A DNA stretch of 64,000 nt from Chitinispirillaceae bacterium (lineage in GTDB: Bacteria > Fibrobacterota > Chitinivibrionia > Chitinivibrionales > Chitinispirillaceae), in contig JBKGXV010000007.1 of the NCBI GenBank assembly GCA_046546375.1, forward strand, positions 2,257-66,256, given 5' to 3'. How positions within the stretch are numbered: position 1 is the stretch's first letter; every line of letters begins with the position of its first letter. The translations under genes and the position numbers were made by a program. Of the stretch, positions 26,249 through 36,942 are shown one piece after another. The notes beneath the pieces were generated by a model, which saw only the letters and a program-made list of their open reading frames with translations, did no database searches and was not told the DNA's origin.

Positions 26249-28429
26249 TCAACGGTTTTTGAAATGCTCCGCCAGGTTAGAAAGCTGCCCCTTTGAAGGT
26301 TTCACCTTTGGAGCCTTATTACCCAGATTCTTCATGGAAAGAGAGATGCGTCGTTTTTTCACATCCACTTTGAGAATACGGACATCCACCCTATCCCCCA
26401 CGGAGACAACCTGATCCGGAGTTTCCACATACTCGTCTGCCAGTTGAGAGATATGAATGAGTCCGTCACAAACCGCATTTATATTCACAAACACACCAAA
26501 AGGTGTGATGTTGGTGACTCTTCCGGAAACGACAGCCCCTTCTTTGACCTCGGACAGTTTAAGTTTCCGCTTGGTTTTGGCTGCTCCGATCGCCAGGTAG
26601 CGCTGAGCGACCTGGAGCTGAGGAACAAGTTTCATTCCGACATAAGTCCTTATGTGAGGATCCTCAGCAGCAAAAGGAAGAATCACCTCGGGGTTGATTA
26701 CAATCGTCTCGTGAGAAACGGTCAGCTGATCGACAATCTCCTCAACCAAGGGGAAAAAGTCGGGGTGAACCGCTGATTTATCCAGAAGATCCTCTGCACT
26801 GGGAACGACCACGAAACCTGCGATATTTCTGAAAGCGGTTTCGGTCATGCTCTTGACCTTCAAAAGATCGTTTTTCTTTCCTATCGGCTCTTCCAGATCC
26901 GCTGTACGGATAGCCTCAAGAAGATTTTTATTCATGCAACGGAATTTGGCAATAGGCGAATCTGCGATTTCCTTGATATTGACACCACCGGCGAGAATCG
27001 CCTGATCCAGAATACGGTTGACCAGATCCACAAATTTATCATCCGGGAGTGTATCCTGAAGGGGATGAATCTTATAGTAAGTAGTGCCTAATTGCGGAAC
27101 GAGCGACAGAGGCTGAAGAAATATAACCGCAGATCCCAGCAGTTCTCTGGTTTGCGGCTCTAGAATCGCAAATTCCCGCTTTTTTATCCATTCAGAATGT
27201 GAAATATTTGATTTGGAGGGAGCTTTGTATCTGGTCACTTCAACAGGAAAACCAATTTTTTCTTTGAGCTGATCAACGATACTTTCGGCAATTTCCGCCT
27301 TGTCATTATCTGCAATCAGCACCTGGGAAGGACGATGACGCTGGAAGAACTGCCGGATGCGTTCACTTGAGAACGGCTTTCCTTCAGCTGGTTTTCTCTC
27401 AGAGGTGGCACCGAGAAGATCCCCCCGAGCACTTACAGCTACGATATTGAGATTCTTTTTTCCCGAAGCATCTAAAACGAAAACGGCATCCCTTGATTTT
27501 TCCTCGGTGTACCGTTTCTGAAGTCCTGATGTTATCTCCTTGGAAGCCCACTCTTCAGCTTGTCCTCTGAGCGTTTGTTTCACATCCCGTTCAACTGTAG
27601 GATGCAGCAGCCTCAGCCACATGTCATCGATAGCTTCGCAGATGATATCAAAGCTGGTGGAATCAGGGTTTTCTATAAAATGATGACGGAAAAGCTCAGT
27701 TATTCTGAACAGCTGCACATTGAGTTTGAGTTTTATCCGCTTGTTGTCTTCTGCCACGAGAAGCCGTAAGAGCTCTTCTTTTGAAAACTCATCTATTGGA
27801 ACCAGTTTGCCAACATAGCGGCTGTAGGTTTCATCCTTTTTGCTTTTCGGAGCGATTTCAAAGAAACCGTCTTCGCGCATGAAATCTCTGGCCATTGTTC
27901 TGGCAGTATCGTCGTAGGCAAACCGTTCTGCCATCAGATCTTTAGCTGCCTGAACCACATCATCCGCATTTTTCAAAGAAGTGTGTGTTCCCACATACTC
28001 TTTAGCCATTTCCTCGACAGAAAGTTCCTCTTCCTCCTGAGAAATGATTCGGTCCACAAGCGGACCGACACCTTTTTTGGCAGCCATCTGTCCTTTGCTG
28101 CGGGGATTAGGCCTAAGCGGGATGAGCAGATCATCCAGTTCGTAAGTGTTTGTAGTCAGGCTGATGCGTTTTTCAAGTGCGGGAGTGAGCTTTTCAGCTT
28201 TCTTGTATGCATTGAGCACCCGTTTTCTTTTCGCGACCAGCTCCTCCATTTTGCCCAGGTAATCATATACTTCCCAGATTGTGGACACGTCGATGCTTAC
28301 AGCAAACTGCAGATCGTATTCGGCGAGGAAATAAGGAGAGTCACCCTTCTCGTAAGCACTGCAGAGAAGGTCTGATAGAGCCTGTGAGATGGCCCATTTT
28401 TCCGATATCTGTTTTGAAAATTCTATCAT
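26249..28429 (-). CDS. tex: Tex-like RNA-binding transcription accessory protein
   Basis: The length (726 aa) and the Tex N-terminal, YqgF-like and HhH order fit the family. The C-terminal S1 domain reads VVSGRVTNITPFGVFVNINAVCDGLIHISQLADEYV...RISLSMK. Confidence 0.85.
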   Translation of the reverse strand: MIEFSKQISEKWAISQALSDLLCSAYEKGDSPYFLAEYDLQFAVSIDVSTIWEVYDYLGKMEELVAKRKRVLNAYKKAEKLTPALEKRISLTTNTYELDDLLIPLRPNPRSKGQMAAKKGVGPLVDRIISQEEEELSVEEMAKEYVGTHTSLKNADDVVQAAKDLMAERFAYDDTARTMARDFMREDGFFEIAPKSKKDETYSRYVGKLVPIDEFSKEELLRLLVAEDNKRIKLKLNVQLFRITELFRHHFIENPDSTSFDIICEAIDDMWLRLLHPTVERDVKQTLRGQAEEWASKEITSGLQKRYTEEKSRDAVFVLDASGKKNLNIVAVSARGDLLGATSERKPAEGKPFSSERIRQFFQRHRPSQVLIADNDKAEIAESIVDQLKEKIGFPVEVTRYKAPSKSNISHSEWIKKREFAILEPQTRELLGSAVIFLQPLSLVPQLGTTYYKIHPLQDTLPDDKFVDLVNRILDQAILAGGVNIKEIADSPIAKFRCMNKNLLEAIRTADLEEPIGKKNDLLKVKSMTETAFRNIAGFVVVPSAEDLLDKSAVHPDFFPLVEEIVDQLTVSHETIVINPEVILPFAAEDPHIRTYVGMKLVPQLQVAQRYLAIGAAKTKRKLKLSEVKEGAVVSGRVTNITPFGVFVNINAVCDGLIHISQLADEYVETPDQVVSVGDRVDVRILKVDVKKRRISLSMKNLGNKAPKVKPSKGQLSNLAEHFKNR

Positions 28430-28520
28430 CCGGCTGTTTTTTGAGGGGGTTTATTGTTCCAAAAGAATTTTTAAAGATAGAATATGGGTGCCCTCAAACG
28501 CAATAGGCGAATACACCCCT

Positions 28521-28557
28521 AAAAAGGAAAAACCCGGAAAAGACGTATTTTTCCGGG
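28521..28557 (-). terminator. intrinsic terminator downstream of the LOG-family gene
   Basis: A perfect 9-bp stem CCCGGAAAA/TTTTCCGGG (28533-28541 and 28549-28557) has a 7-nt loop. The minus-sense T-rich tail is TTTTTCCTTTTT. Confidence 0.7.
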
Positions 28558-28595
28558 CTGATCACCGTTTTTTTGACTGAGTCGATACACATGAT

Positions 28596-29282
28596 CTATA
28601 CGAAATTGGGAGTAACTCCTTTGCCCTCGGAATGCTTTTTTATGATCGCCATTGCCTCGTGAGGATCATCGGTCATATTCATCAAAGACAGATCCGCATC
28701 CAGAATGTAGCTGTACTCGAGCATAGTGTTTTTCAGCCACTCGACCAGTCCACCCCAATAATCCTTTCCCATGAGAATAAGAGGCAGAGCCGGTGCTTTC
28801 TGAGTCTGAACCAGCGTGAGAGTCTCGAACATCTCATCCAATGTCCCGTACCCCCCCGGCATTATGATCACTGCGGAAGTGTATTTCAAAAACATTACCT
28901 TGCGAATGAAAAAGTGTCTGAAGTTGATCATGGTTTTTATGAACGGGTTGGGAAGCTGTTCGAAAGGAAGCTGAATATTGAGTCCTACTGAATGCCCCTG
29001 CTCCTCACTTGCTCCCTTATTGGCAGCTTCCATGATTCCGGGTCCGCCGCCGGTAATCACTCCAAAACCCTCCCGAGCCGCCAGACGGGCCATATCCACT
29101 GTCATTTTGTAGTATTTGTGAGTTTTAGGAGTACGTGCGCTGCCGAATATCGTAATACAGGGTCCGGTTCTGGAAAGTGTCTCAAAACCCTCAACAAATT
29201 CGGCCATTATACGAAATATTCTCCAGGTATCCTCATTCATCGCTGATGTATTCTGAGCTGCATTAACCTGATCGGTGGTCAT
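28596..29282 (-). CDS. LOG family (TIGR00730) nucleotide 5'-monophosphate nucleosidase / Rossmann-fold protein
   Basis: GGGPGIMEAANKGA, PGGYGTLDEMFE. Confidence 0.85.
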   Translation of the reverse strand: MTTDQVNAAQNTSAMNEDTWRIFRIMAEFVEGFETLSRTGPCITIFGSARTPKTHKYYKMTVDMARLAAREGFGVITGGGPGIMEAANKGASEEQGHSVGLNIQLPFEQLPNPFIKTMINFRHFFIRKVMFLKYTSAVIIMPGGYGTLDEMFETLTLVQTQKAPALPLILMGKDYWGGLVEWLKNTMLEYSYILDADLSLMNMTDDPHEAMAIIKKHSEGKGVTPNFV

Positions 29283-29405
29283 ATCTACCTTCCTTTACAA
29301 AGTGAGGTTTGGCATCTGGTGTCTCATTCATATTATAATTATATTATCTTTTCAGTTTTAATTCCAGTGAAACAACTTCTGATATTACCAGTCAAAAATC
29401 TGTAA

Positions 29406-29924
29406 ATGCTTATGAAACAAATAGAAGAAGCCTGTTCCCGACTCGGTCTTCCTGTTCCCGATCATTATCTGCAGGTAGACACAGACGTGCAGAAACTGAC
29501 CTATCATTCCGGAAACAAAACGAATTCCCTTTTTGCCGTATCCACCTCCAGATTCGGAGCCGGAAGCGGAGAAGGTTCGTTCAAAACCCCTTTGGGACTT
29601 CACCGGATCGTTCAGAAGATAGGAAAGAACGAACCGCCCTGGACCATATTCAAAAGCAGAAAACCGACGGGCCGGGTCTGGAAACCGGGAATGCAGGAGG
29701 AAAACCAGATTCTCACCCGCATTCTCAGACTGGAGGGTCTTGAACCCGGAATCAATTCAGGACCCGGAATAGACTCTTTTAAACGGTATATCTACATCCA
29801 CGGCACAAACCGGGAGGACAAAATCGGTACGCCCAATTCTCATGGTTGTGTCTGCATGAAAAACGACGACATACTCACTCTTTTCGATCTTGTGGAGGAG
29901 GGAACTCTTGTCCATATCAGTTAA
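29406..29924 (+). CDS. L,D-transpeptidase (YkuD) domain protein
   Basis: GSFKTPLGLHRI and IYIHGTNREDKIGTPNSHGCVCMKNDD give the catalytic His and Cys. Confidence 0.8.
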   Translation: MLMKQIEEACSRLGLPVPDHYLQVDTDVQKLTYHSGNKTNSLFAVSTSRFGAGSGEGSFKTPLGLHRIVQKIGKNEPPWTIFKSRKPTGRVWKPGMQEENQILTRILRLEGLEPGINSGPGIDSFKRYIYIHGTNREDKIGTPNSHGCVCMKNDDILTLFDLVEEGTLVHIS

Positions 29925-31296
29925 CGGGAAACAGTGCTCCAATTTACATTTCACAGGTATTTTCGGCAGCGGCATGAGCGCCATCGCCCAGTATCTGAGC
30001 TGGCAGAAACTCTCCATCAGCGGCTCTGACCGGCTTTGCGACTCCGCGGACACCTCAAAAATCAAAAAACATCTGATTTCCTGCGGATGCAGCATTTTCC
30101 CTCAGGACGGAAGCGGGATCAGCAAGGAAACGGATGCGGTATGCGTTAGCAGCGCAATTGAAGAGAGCAATCCTGATATTGCCGCTGCGCGAAGATTGAA
30201 TATCCCGGTAGTACACAGATCAGACGTTCTGGCTTCGGTGGTGAAAAACAAAAAAAGCATAGCAGTAGCAGGCACCAGCGGAAAATCCACTGTGACGGCC
30301 ATGATTTTCGAGCTTCTCACCTCAAGCGGCCTCTCCCCCTCTCTCGTTTCCGGAGCTGCACTGCGCAGTCTTGAACAGAAAAGTCTGCTGGGAAACGCCT
30401 TCTGCGGCGATTCGGACCTGCTGGTGATCGAGGCAGATGAAAGCGATGGGACACTGGTCAAATACAGTCCCTGCTGCAGCATCATTCTGAATCTCTCCAA
30501 AGATCATAAAAGTGAAGCTGAAGTGCTGGATATGTTCAAACAGCTGGTAGATCAGTCCGATTGGTCAGCCGTGAATGCAGATGACCCCCAGCTTGAAACT
30601 ATTCCCGCCTCGATCAGTTTCGGATTCAGTGAAAAAGCACAGTTCAAAGGCAAAAACCTGAACAGTTCAGCTATGCTGAGCACAGTAGAGGTGCAAGGAG
30701 AACGCTATGAAATCCCTTTGCCCGGAGATCACAATGCCTCTAACCTTCTTGCCGCCCTCTGTGTATGCGACCACTTCTCCTGCGATCACTCAAGACTCGC
30801 CCAGGGTGCAAAGTCTTACAAAGGAGTCGACCGCAGATTCACCATACACCGGACAGTGTCCGGGATACCGGTAGTGGACGATTTTGCTCACAATCCCGAA
30901 AAAATCAGAGCTGCCATTTCCGCGGCCAAAAAGATATCAAAGCGGATCATTGCCATTTACCAGCCGCACGGATTCGCCCCCACCCGCTTTCTCAAACACG
31001 AATACGCGGATATGTTCAGAAACACACTGCATCCGGAGGACAAACTTTGTCTTCTTCCCATTTACTATGCCGGAGGCTCAACCGTAATGGATATTGAATC
31101 CAAAGACCTTATCACTCTCATGGGTGATATTCCATTCAAAGCCTTTACGGTCAGCAAGAGAAGAGTGCTTCTCGACCAAATCAGCCAGTGGGCGAACCGG
31201 GGAGACTGTGTGATTCTCATGGGTGCCCGAGACCCATCCCTCTCCTCATTTGCGCAGCAGATAGTTTCTTCTCTAGGGGGAGAGGCCGGAGTCTGA
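29908..31296 (+). CDS. Mur ligase family protein (MurC/Mpl-like)
   Basis: HFTGIFGSGMSAIAQYL, P-loop AVAGTSGKSTVTAMI, EADESDGT and DFAHNPEKI are present. The start is uncertain. TTG 29908 has a GGAGGAGG RBS 6 nt upstream. The ORF track starts at TTG 29890. Confidence 0.75.
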   Translation: MSISVNGKQCSNLHFTGIFGSGMSAIAQYLSWQKLSISGSDRLCDSADTSKIKKHLISCGCSIFPQDGSGISKETDAVCVSSAIEESNPDIAAARRLNIPVVHRSDVLASVVKNKKSIAVAGTSGKSTVTAMIFELLTSSGLSPSLVSGAALRSLEQKSLLGNAFCGDSDLLVIEADESDGTLVKYSPCCSIILNLSKDHKSEAEVLDMFKQLVDQSDWSAVNADDPQLETIPASISFGFSEKAQFKGKNLNSSAMLSTVEVQGERYEIPLPGDHNASNLLAALCVCDHFSCDHSRLAQGAKSYKGVDRRFTIHRTVSGIPVVDDFAHNPEKIRAAISAAKKISKRIIAIYQPHGFAPTRFLKHEYADMFRNTLHPEDKLCLLPIYYAGGSTVMDIESKDLITLMGDIPFKAFTVSKRRVLLDQISQWANRGDCVILMGARDPSLSSFAQQIVSSLGGEAGV

Positions 31297-31413
31297 CCTT
31301 TAAGGGCCGTTCTGCAAGTCCTCTGGCATGAACTATATTACCTGTTCATTTTAGGAAAATCAGGTATTTCAGAGCCGAAACATCAGCTAACAGAAAATCA
31401 ACAGGGAAAAGCA

Positions 31414-33213
31414 GTGACCAGTTCCAAATTCATACGCAACTTCTGTATTATTGCGCACATTGACCATGGGAAATCCACCCTCGCAGACCGCTTTCTCGAG
31501 CTCACCGATACTATCAGCAAAGAGAAAATGCAGGCTCAGGTTCTTGACGATATGGATCTTGAGCGGGAGCGGGGAATCACTATCAAATCCCACCCTATCA
31601 GAATGGAGTACAAAGCCCCGGACGGCAACACCTTCCAGCTTAATCTGATTGATACTCCGGGACACGTGGACTTTTCCTACGAAGTATCCCGCTCTCTTGC
31701 CGCCTGTGAAGGTGCAATCCTGGTGGTGGATGCCAGTCAGGGTATAGAAGCCCAGACTCTTACCAATATTTATCTGGCCCTTGAAAATGACCTCTGCATC
31801 ATTCCGGTAATGAACAAAGTGGACCTTCCCTCGGCCCGTCCCGATGAGATACGAAGGCAGATCGTGGACCTTCTGGGAGTGAATCCGGAAGATGTTCTTT
31901 CCTGCAGTGCGAAAACCGGAGAAGGGGTGGATGCCATTCTTGACAAAGTCCTTGCCGAAGTTCCCCCACCCGAGGGAGGCAGTGACGAGGCGCTGAAATC
32001 ACTTATCTTCGATTCCAAATTCGACTCTTTCAGAGGTGCCGTGGCCTACGTGAGGATCATGGAAGGGGAACTTAAAAAAGGGCAATCCATCCGCTTTTTC
32101 CAGACCGGAAGAGAATTTGAAGTGGATGAAGTGGGTTTTTTCCGTATGGGACGGGTTCCATGCTCCCAGCTTCGGGCTGGTGAAGTGGGCTATGTCATTG
32201 CCAGCATCAAAACCGTTTCGGATATTCATATCGGTGACACCATCACCACACGGCTCAACGGTGCATCAAAGCCCATACCCGGCTACCGGGAAGTCAAACC
32301 CATGGTGTTCAGCGGGATCTACCCCGTGGACAAAGCCGATTACGAGGATCTCCGCGGAGCTCTTGACAAGCTGCATCTCAATGATGCTTCCATCAGCTAT
32401 GAACCGGAAACCTCCACCGCTCTCGGTTTCGGATTCAGGGCCGGTTTTCTGGGACTGCTGCATATGGAAATCATCCAGGAACGACTCCTCAGAGAATACA
32501 ACGTGAACATCATCACCACCGTTCCCAACGTGGAGTATGAGATTCATCTCAAAAACGGTGAAACTGAATTCATCGACAGCCCGGCACGGCTGCCATCCAT
32601 ACAGGAAACAGAATATATCTCCGAGCCCATTTCGAAACTGCAGGTGATCACACCTACCGATTTTGTAGGTCCCATAATGAAACTCTGCGAGGAGAAACGG
32701 GGCAAGCTGGATAATATGGAATACCTGGAAACCACCAGGGTTTGCCTCAAGTACCGCCTGCCTCTTGCCGAGCTGATTATCGATTTCTTCGATCGTCTGA
32801 AGAGCTGCTCCAGGGGGTATGCCTCAATGGACTACGAGTTTCAGGGCTACGAACGCAACGACCTGATAAAGCTTGACATTCTGATAAACGGATCGGCGGT
32901 GGATGCGTTCTCCACTATCATACACAGACAGAAGGCGTTTACTTTCGGACAAACACTCACCTCCAAACTCAAAGAACTCATACCGCGTCAGCAGTACGAA
33001 ATCGCCATACAGGCTGCGATCGGCAATAAAGTCATAGCGCGTACCACGGTGAAGGCTTACCGTAAAGACGTCACCTCTAAATGCTACGGAGGAGACATTA
33101 CCCGCAAGAGAAAACTTCTGGAGAAGCAGAAGGAGGGGAAAAAGCGCATGAAACAGGTTGGAAATGTAGAATTGCCCCAGGAGGCATTCCTTGCGGTTCT
33201 AAGCAGGGAGTGA
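31414..33213 (+). CDS. lepA: translation elongation factor 4
   Basis: [28 protein letters not shown] and NKVDL are present, along with the LepA-specific C-terminal region. The start is GTG. Confidence 0.95.
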   Translation: MTSSKFIRNFCIIAHIDHGKSTLADRFLELTDTISKEKMQAQVLDDMDLERERGITIKSHPIRMEYKAPDGNTFQLNLIDTPGHVDFSYEVSRSLAACEGAILVVDASQGIEAQTLTNIYLALENDLCIIPVMNKVDLPSARPDEIRRQIVDLLGVNPEDVLSCSAKTGEGVDAILDKVLAEVPPPEGGSDEALKSLIFDSKFDSFRGAVAYVRIMEGELKKGQSIRFFQTGREFEVDEVGFFRMGRVPCSQLRAGEVGYVIASIKTVSDIHIGDTITTRLNGASKPIPGYREVKPMVFSGIYPVDKADYEDLRGALDKLHLNDASISYEPETSTALGFGFRAGFLGLLHMEIIQERLLREYNVNIITTVPNVEYEIHLKNGETEFIDSPARLPSIQETEYISEPISKLQVITPTDFVGPIMKLCEEKRGKLDNMEYLETTRVCLKYRLPLAELIIDFFDRLKSCSRGYASMDYEFQGYERNDLIKLDILINGSAVDAFSTIIHRQKAFTFGQTLTSKLKELIPRQQYEIAIQAAIGNKVIARTTVKAYRKDVTSKCYGGDITRKRKLLEKQKEGKKRMKQVGNVELPQEAFLAVLSRE

Positions 33214-33214
33214 T

Positions 33215-34159
33215 ATGCTGGATCCACTTAAACGCAGTCAACCGACCGACTTCCGCCTGGCATTCTACAAAGGAGCCAAACAGTTTCTGCTGGTACTGGG
33301 CATAGGTCTTCTGATAAAGTTCACGCTGATTGATTCAGTAATAATCAATGGATCACAGATGAGCCCCGTTATCGAAAAAGGTGACAGAGTAGTACTGTTC
33401 AAGACTTTCTATCTTCCGGCTCTGAGAAGTTTGCTGCCCGGTCCATCCAGAGGAGAGCCGATACTGTGCAGGTTGCCCGGCAGAAGCGAAAGGTCTGCCC
33501 TGAGAGTGGCAGCTGTCTCCGGTGATACCGCCAGTATGGACAGCGCCGTGTTCTTTCTGGGGTCAACGGGCGAGGCCCGTTCCGAAAAACCTGAAGACAT
33601 ACTTCCACCGGAGTACTCTCCCCGAGACTACATGGAACCTTACACAATCCCTTCACCTGGAGACAGTGTACACTTCGGAGGACTTTCCCTGCGGGACTTC
33701 TTTTTTTCCTTTTCGGTTCTGAAGCAGGAAAACCCCGAATCCATATACGATCTGAATGTCGCTCTCTTAATAGACGGAACAGCCAACAATACTTATTTTA
33801 TAAAGGATTTTTCATTATACCAGGGAAAGCTGGATTCTATTCCCGACAGTCTTCATTACGACTGGTTTTTCTGGGATCGCCTACTTGAATATCTCAAAAT
33901 GACTGACAGCGGTAAGAATTTCAAGCTTGATCTGACCGTCAGAGAAAACGGCACTGCTGTTGAAAGTTTTGAAGTTCAAGACGAATATTTGTTCCTTTTG
34001 GGCGACAACAGGAAAAAGGCTTTGGATTCACGATACCACGGACCGATAAAAGCAGGTGCTGTAACCGGCCGACCGTTCATGACCCTTTGGGGCCAGGAAG
34101 AGAGAACGGCAGGCAACAGATCATTCAGCTTGAGTCGGTTCGGCAGAATAATAAACTGA
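33215..34159 (+). CDS. signal peptidase I (S26) homolog with a large insertion; catalytic Ser/Lys not evident
   Basis: The S26 boxes are recognisable: [29 protein letters not shown] and [18 protein letters not shown]. Anchored on M..P and GD, the Ser nucleophile aligns with Gln and the Lys base with Leu. The gene follows lepA as lepB classically does. Confidence 0.6.
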   Translation: MLDPLKRSQPTDFRLAFYKGAKQFLLVLGIGLLIKFTLIDSVIINGSQMSPVIEKGDRVVLFKTFYLPALRSLLPGPSRGEPILCRLPGRSERSALRVAAVSGDTASMDSAVFFLGSTGEARSEKPEDILPPEYSPRDYMEPYTIPSPGDSVHFGGLSLRDFFFSFSVLKQENPESIYDLNVALLIDGTANNTYFIKDFSLYQGKLDSIPDSLHYDWFFWDRLLEYLKMTDSGKNFKLDLTVRENGTAVESFEVQDEYLFLLGDNRKKALDSRYHGPIKAGAVTGRPFMTLWGQEERTAGNRSFSLSRFGRIIN

Positions 34160-34175
34160 AACGGATTTTCTGCAC

Positions 34176-35378
34176 ATGAAAAGAAGTGCTGACAGGAAAG
34201 GCTATTTTGGAAGATACGGGGGAGTTTTCGCTCCTGAAACACTTATGCCTGCTTTGGACGAGGTAGAAAAGGCTTATGCTGTTTTCCAGAACGAAGCCCA
34301 ATGGCAAAATGAATACAAGCGCCTGCTTGAAGACTACAACGGACGCAAAACGCCCCTTTACCAGGCTGTAAGTCTCAGTGAGGCGCTGGGAGGAGCCCGC
34401 ATTTTTCTCAAACGCGAAGACCTCAACCATACAGGCGCGCACAAAATCACCAATGCGCTGGGACAGGCTCTGTTAGCGAGATTCATGGGCAAAACAAGAC
34501 TCATTGCTGAAACGGGAGCCGGGCAGCATGGAGTGGCGACTGCAACTGCAGCAGCTCTGCTGGGCATGACTTGTGACATATTCATGGGTACTGTCGATAT
34601 GGAGCGTCAGAAACCCAACGTGTTCCGCATGAATCTTCTGGGTGCGCGGGTGATTCCGGTTGACAGTGGCGGCAAGACTCTCAAGGATGCGGTGAATGAG
34701 GCCATTCGTGACTGGACGAAAAGTGTAAAGGATACCCATTACGTTTTCGGTTCAGCGCTGGGTCCTCATCCCTTCCCTACCATCGTGCGTGATTTCCAGT
34801 CCGTGATCGGAAAAGAGTGCCGTTCTCAGGTTATTAACCGCACGGGAAAACTTCCTCAGGAGGTAATAGCCTGTGTGGGCGGCGGATCAAATGCCATAGG
34901 GATCTTCAGCGCTTTTCTCAAAGATAAAAAGGTCAGACTTGTAGGAGTGGAGGCAGGCGGAATGGGTCTGCGGGGAAAAAAACATGCTGTCAGGCTGACA
35001 CCTTCAAAAAACACGAAACCCGGTGTCCTTCACGGAGCTTTCTCCTATGTTCTTCAGGACCGCAACGGCCAGATTGAAAACACACATTCGATTTCCGCCG
35101 GTCTTGACTACAGCGGAGTGGGTCCGCAGCATTCCCATCTCATGGAAACAGGAAGAGTGGAATACACCTATGCCACTGATAATGAAGCGGTAAGCGCATT
35201 CAAGCTACTCTGTGAAAAGGAAGGGATTATCCCTGCCCTGGAATCATCACACGCCGTGGCATACGCAATGAAACGAGCACCTCAGCTTCCCAGAGATTCT
35301 GTAATGGTGATAAACCTTTCCGGACGCGGCGACAAGGACATATACTCTGTTGCCGAGTATTTGGGTGAGAAATTATGA
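34176..35378 (+). CDS. trpB: tryptophan synthase beta chain
   Basis: [25 protein letters not shown] (PLP Lys), GGGSNAIG. Confidence 0.95.
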   Translation: MKRSADRKGYFGRYGGVFAPETLMPALDEVEKAYAVFQNEAQWQNEYKRLLEDYNGRKTPLYQAVSLSEALGGARIFLKREDLNHTGAHKITNALGQALLARFMGKTRLIAETGAGQHGVATATAAALLGMTCDIFMGTVDMERQKPNVFRMNLLGARVIPVDSGGKTLKDAVNEAIRDWTKSVKDTHYVFGSALGPHPFPTIVRDFQSVIGKECRSQVINRTGKLPQEVIACVGGGSNAIGIFSAFLKDKKVRLVGVEAGGMGLRGKKHAVRLTPSKNTKPGVLHGAFSYVLQDRNGQIENTHSISAGLDYSGVGPQHSHLMETGRVEYTYATDNEAVSAFKLLCEKEGIIPALESSHAVAYAMKRAPQLPRDSVMVINLSGRGDKDIYSVAEYLGEKL

Positions 35379-36193
35379 ACAGATACGAAACAGCATTCAG
35401 CAAAGTAAACAGCAGAGATGAAAAGGCCTTCATTCCCTTTGCGGTGGCTGGTGATCCCGAGCCGGATGTTTTTCTGGATATCGCCCAGGCATATGTGAAA
35501 GGCGGAGCTGATATTCTGGAAATTGGCTATCCCTTTTCAGATCCGGTCGCGGACGGACCGGTGAATCAGCGTGCGTCCCAGAGAGCCATCAAAGCAGGGC
35601 TCACCTACAGCACTTTTTTCTCCATGATCAAAAAAATCAGATCACGGACCGATATACCTATCGGACTGCTTCTGTATTCAAACACGATTTCCAATCTGGG
35701 ATATGACGAATTCTGCAGACGCGCCTCCAAATCCGGAATAGACAGCCTGCTGGTGGCGGATATGCCTCCTGAAGAATCGCGGGAACTGCAGAAATCCATG
35801 GAGAAACAGGGTATCGGCCGGGTTTTCATTGTTAGCGAGTTCACTCCCGAAGCACGGATGCAGCATATCTGCAGTCATGTGGATTCTTTTGTATATGTGG
35901 TGAGCCGTCCCGGTACGACCGGAACCGATACCGAACTGAGCTCGACAGTGGAATCCACACTGAAAAAGCTTAAGAACGTCACAGACATTCCCGCTGCTGT
36001 CGGTTTCGGCATATCCACTCCTGAACATGTGAGAGAAGTTGTTAAAGCGGGTGCTGACGGAGTGATCGTGGGAAGCGCACTGGTAAAGGAAATCGAACAG
36101 GCGGCTTTCAAAGGAAGCAACCCCGCGGATACTCTGGAAAAGAAAGTTTCCCTATTTAAAGCTGCGACAAGAAAAAAAGACGGTGATGTATGA
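35375..36193 (+). CDS. trpA: tryptophan synthase alpha chain
   Basis: [18 protein letters not shown] and GFGISTPEH are present. The start overlaps the trpB stop by 4 nt. Confidence 0.92.
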   Translation: MNRYETAFSKVNSRDEKAFIPFAVAGDPEPDVFLDIAQAYVKGGADILEIGYPFSDPVADGPVNQRASQRAIKAGLTYSTFFSMIKKIRSRTDIPIGLLLYSNTISNLGYDEFCRRASKSGIDSLLVADMPPEESRELQKSMEKQGIGRVFIVSEFTPEARMQHICSHVDSFVYVVSRPGTTGTDTELSSTVESTLKKLKNVTDIPAAVGFGISTPEHVREVVKAGADGVIVGSALVKEIEQAAFKGSNPADTLEKKVSLFKAATRKKDGDV

Positions 36194-36942
36194 TGGTGCC
36201 TTTAGATCTGCAGACCATAGCCGCCCGTCTGGAGGGGCTTGAAGAAACCATTATCAGCAAGCTGATAGAACGCGCACAGTGGAGATGCAACTTTATGGTC
36301 TACGCTCCGGGGAAGAGCGGTTTCAGTGGAGAGAGCACATACTCCCTTTTCCAGCTCCGTCTGCGCTATCAGGAGGAAATGGATGCCAGATTCGGGCGTT
36401 TCTGCGTTCCCGAAGAAAGACCTTTTTTCAGTTTCCTGCCCAAACCTCAGAGAGAGGTCAATTTACCTCAAACAGGACTGTTCCTTGATGACTACAACAA
36501 GGTAAATCTTGCTGATGACATTCTCTCCAGTTATCTCTCTTTGGTTTCCGAGATCTGCCCGGAAGGTGATGACGGCCAGTACGGATCAAGTGTTGAACAT
36601 GATGTATACACTGTCCAGGCCATTGCCCGCCGAATTCACTATGGAGCACTGTATGTTGCAGAAAGTAAATTCCGTGGAAATCCCCAGGAATATATCCGCC
36701 ATATAGAAAAAAGTGATACACAAGCTCTGCTGGATACACTCACACGCAAGGAAGTCGAAGAACAGATAATTGAACGGGTGAAAAAGAAAGTGAACTCACT
36801 GCAGGCGGATATCAACACTGAAGTAAGAAATGTCATCAATCCCGAACCAGTAGTGCGTTATTACCACGATTACATAATACCCCTCACCAAAAAGGGCGAA
36901 GTACTCTATTTACTGAACAGGAAGCGGAGCGGGAATAAATGA
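36190..36942 (+). CDS. chorismate mutase, long eukaryote-type AroQ (yeast Aro7 / plant CM-like)
   Basis: The protein is collinear with yeast Aro7 as I recall that sequence. LDLQTIAARLEGLEETIISKLIERAQ matches LNLQNIRDELVRMEDSIIFKFIERSH. VQAIARRIHYGALYVAESKF matches LQSLSRRIHFGKFVAEAKF. YHDYIIPLTKKGEVLYLLNR matches YKEIVIPITKEVEVEYLLRR. Length is 250 aa versus 256 aa. Confidence 0.75.
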   Translation: MMVPLDLQTIAARLEGLEETIISKLIERAQWRCNFMVYAPGKSGFSGESTYSLFQLRLRYQEEMDARFGRFCVPEERPFFSFLPKPQREVNLPQTGLFLDDYNKVNLADDILSSYLSLVSEICPEGDDGQYGSSVEHDVYTVQAIARRIHYGALYVAESKFRGNPQEYIRHIEKSDTQALLDTLTRKEVEEQIIERVKKKVNSLQADINTEVRNVINPEPVVRYYHDYIIPLTKKGEVLYLLNRKRSGNK

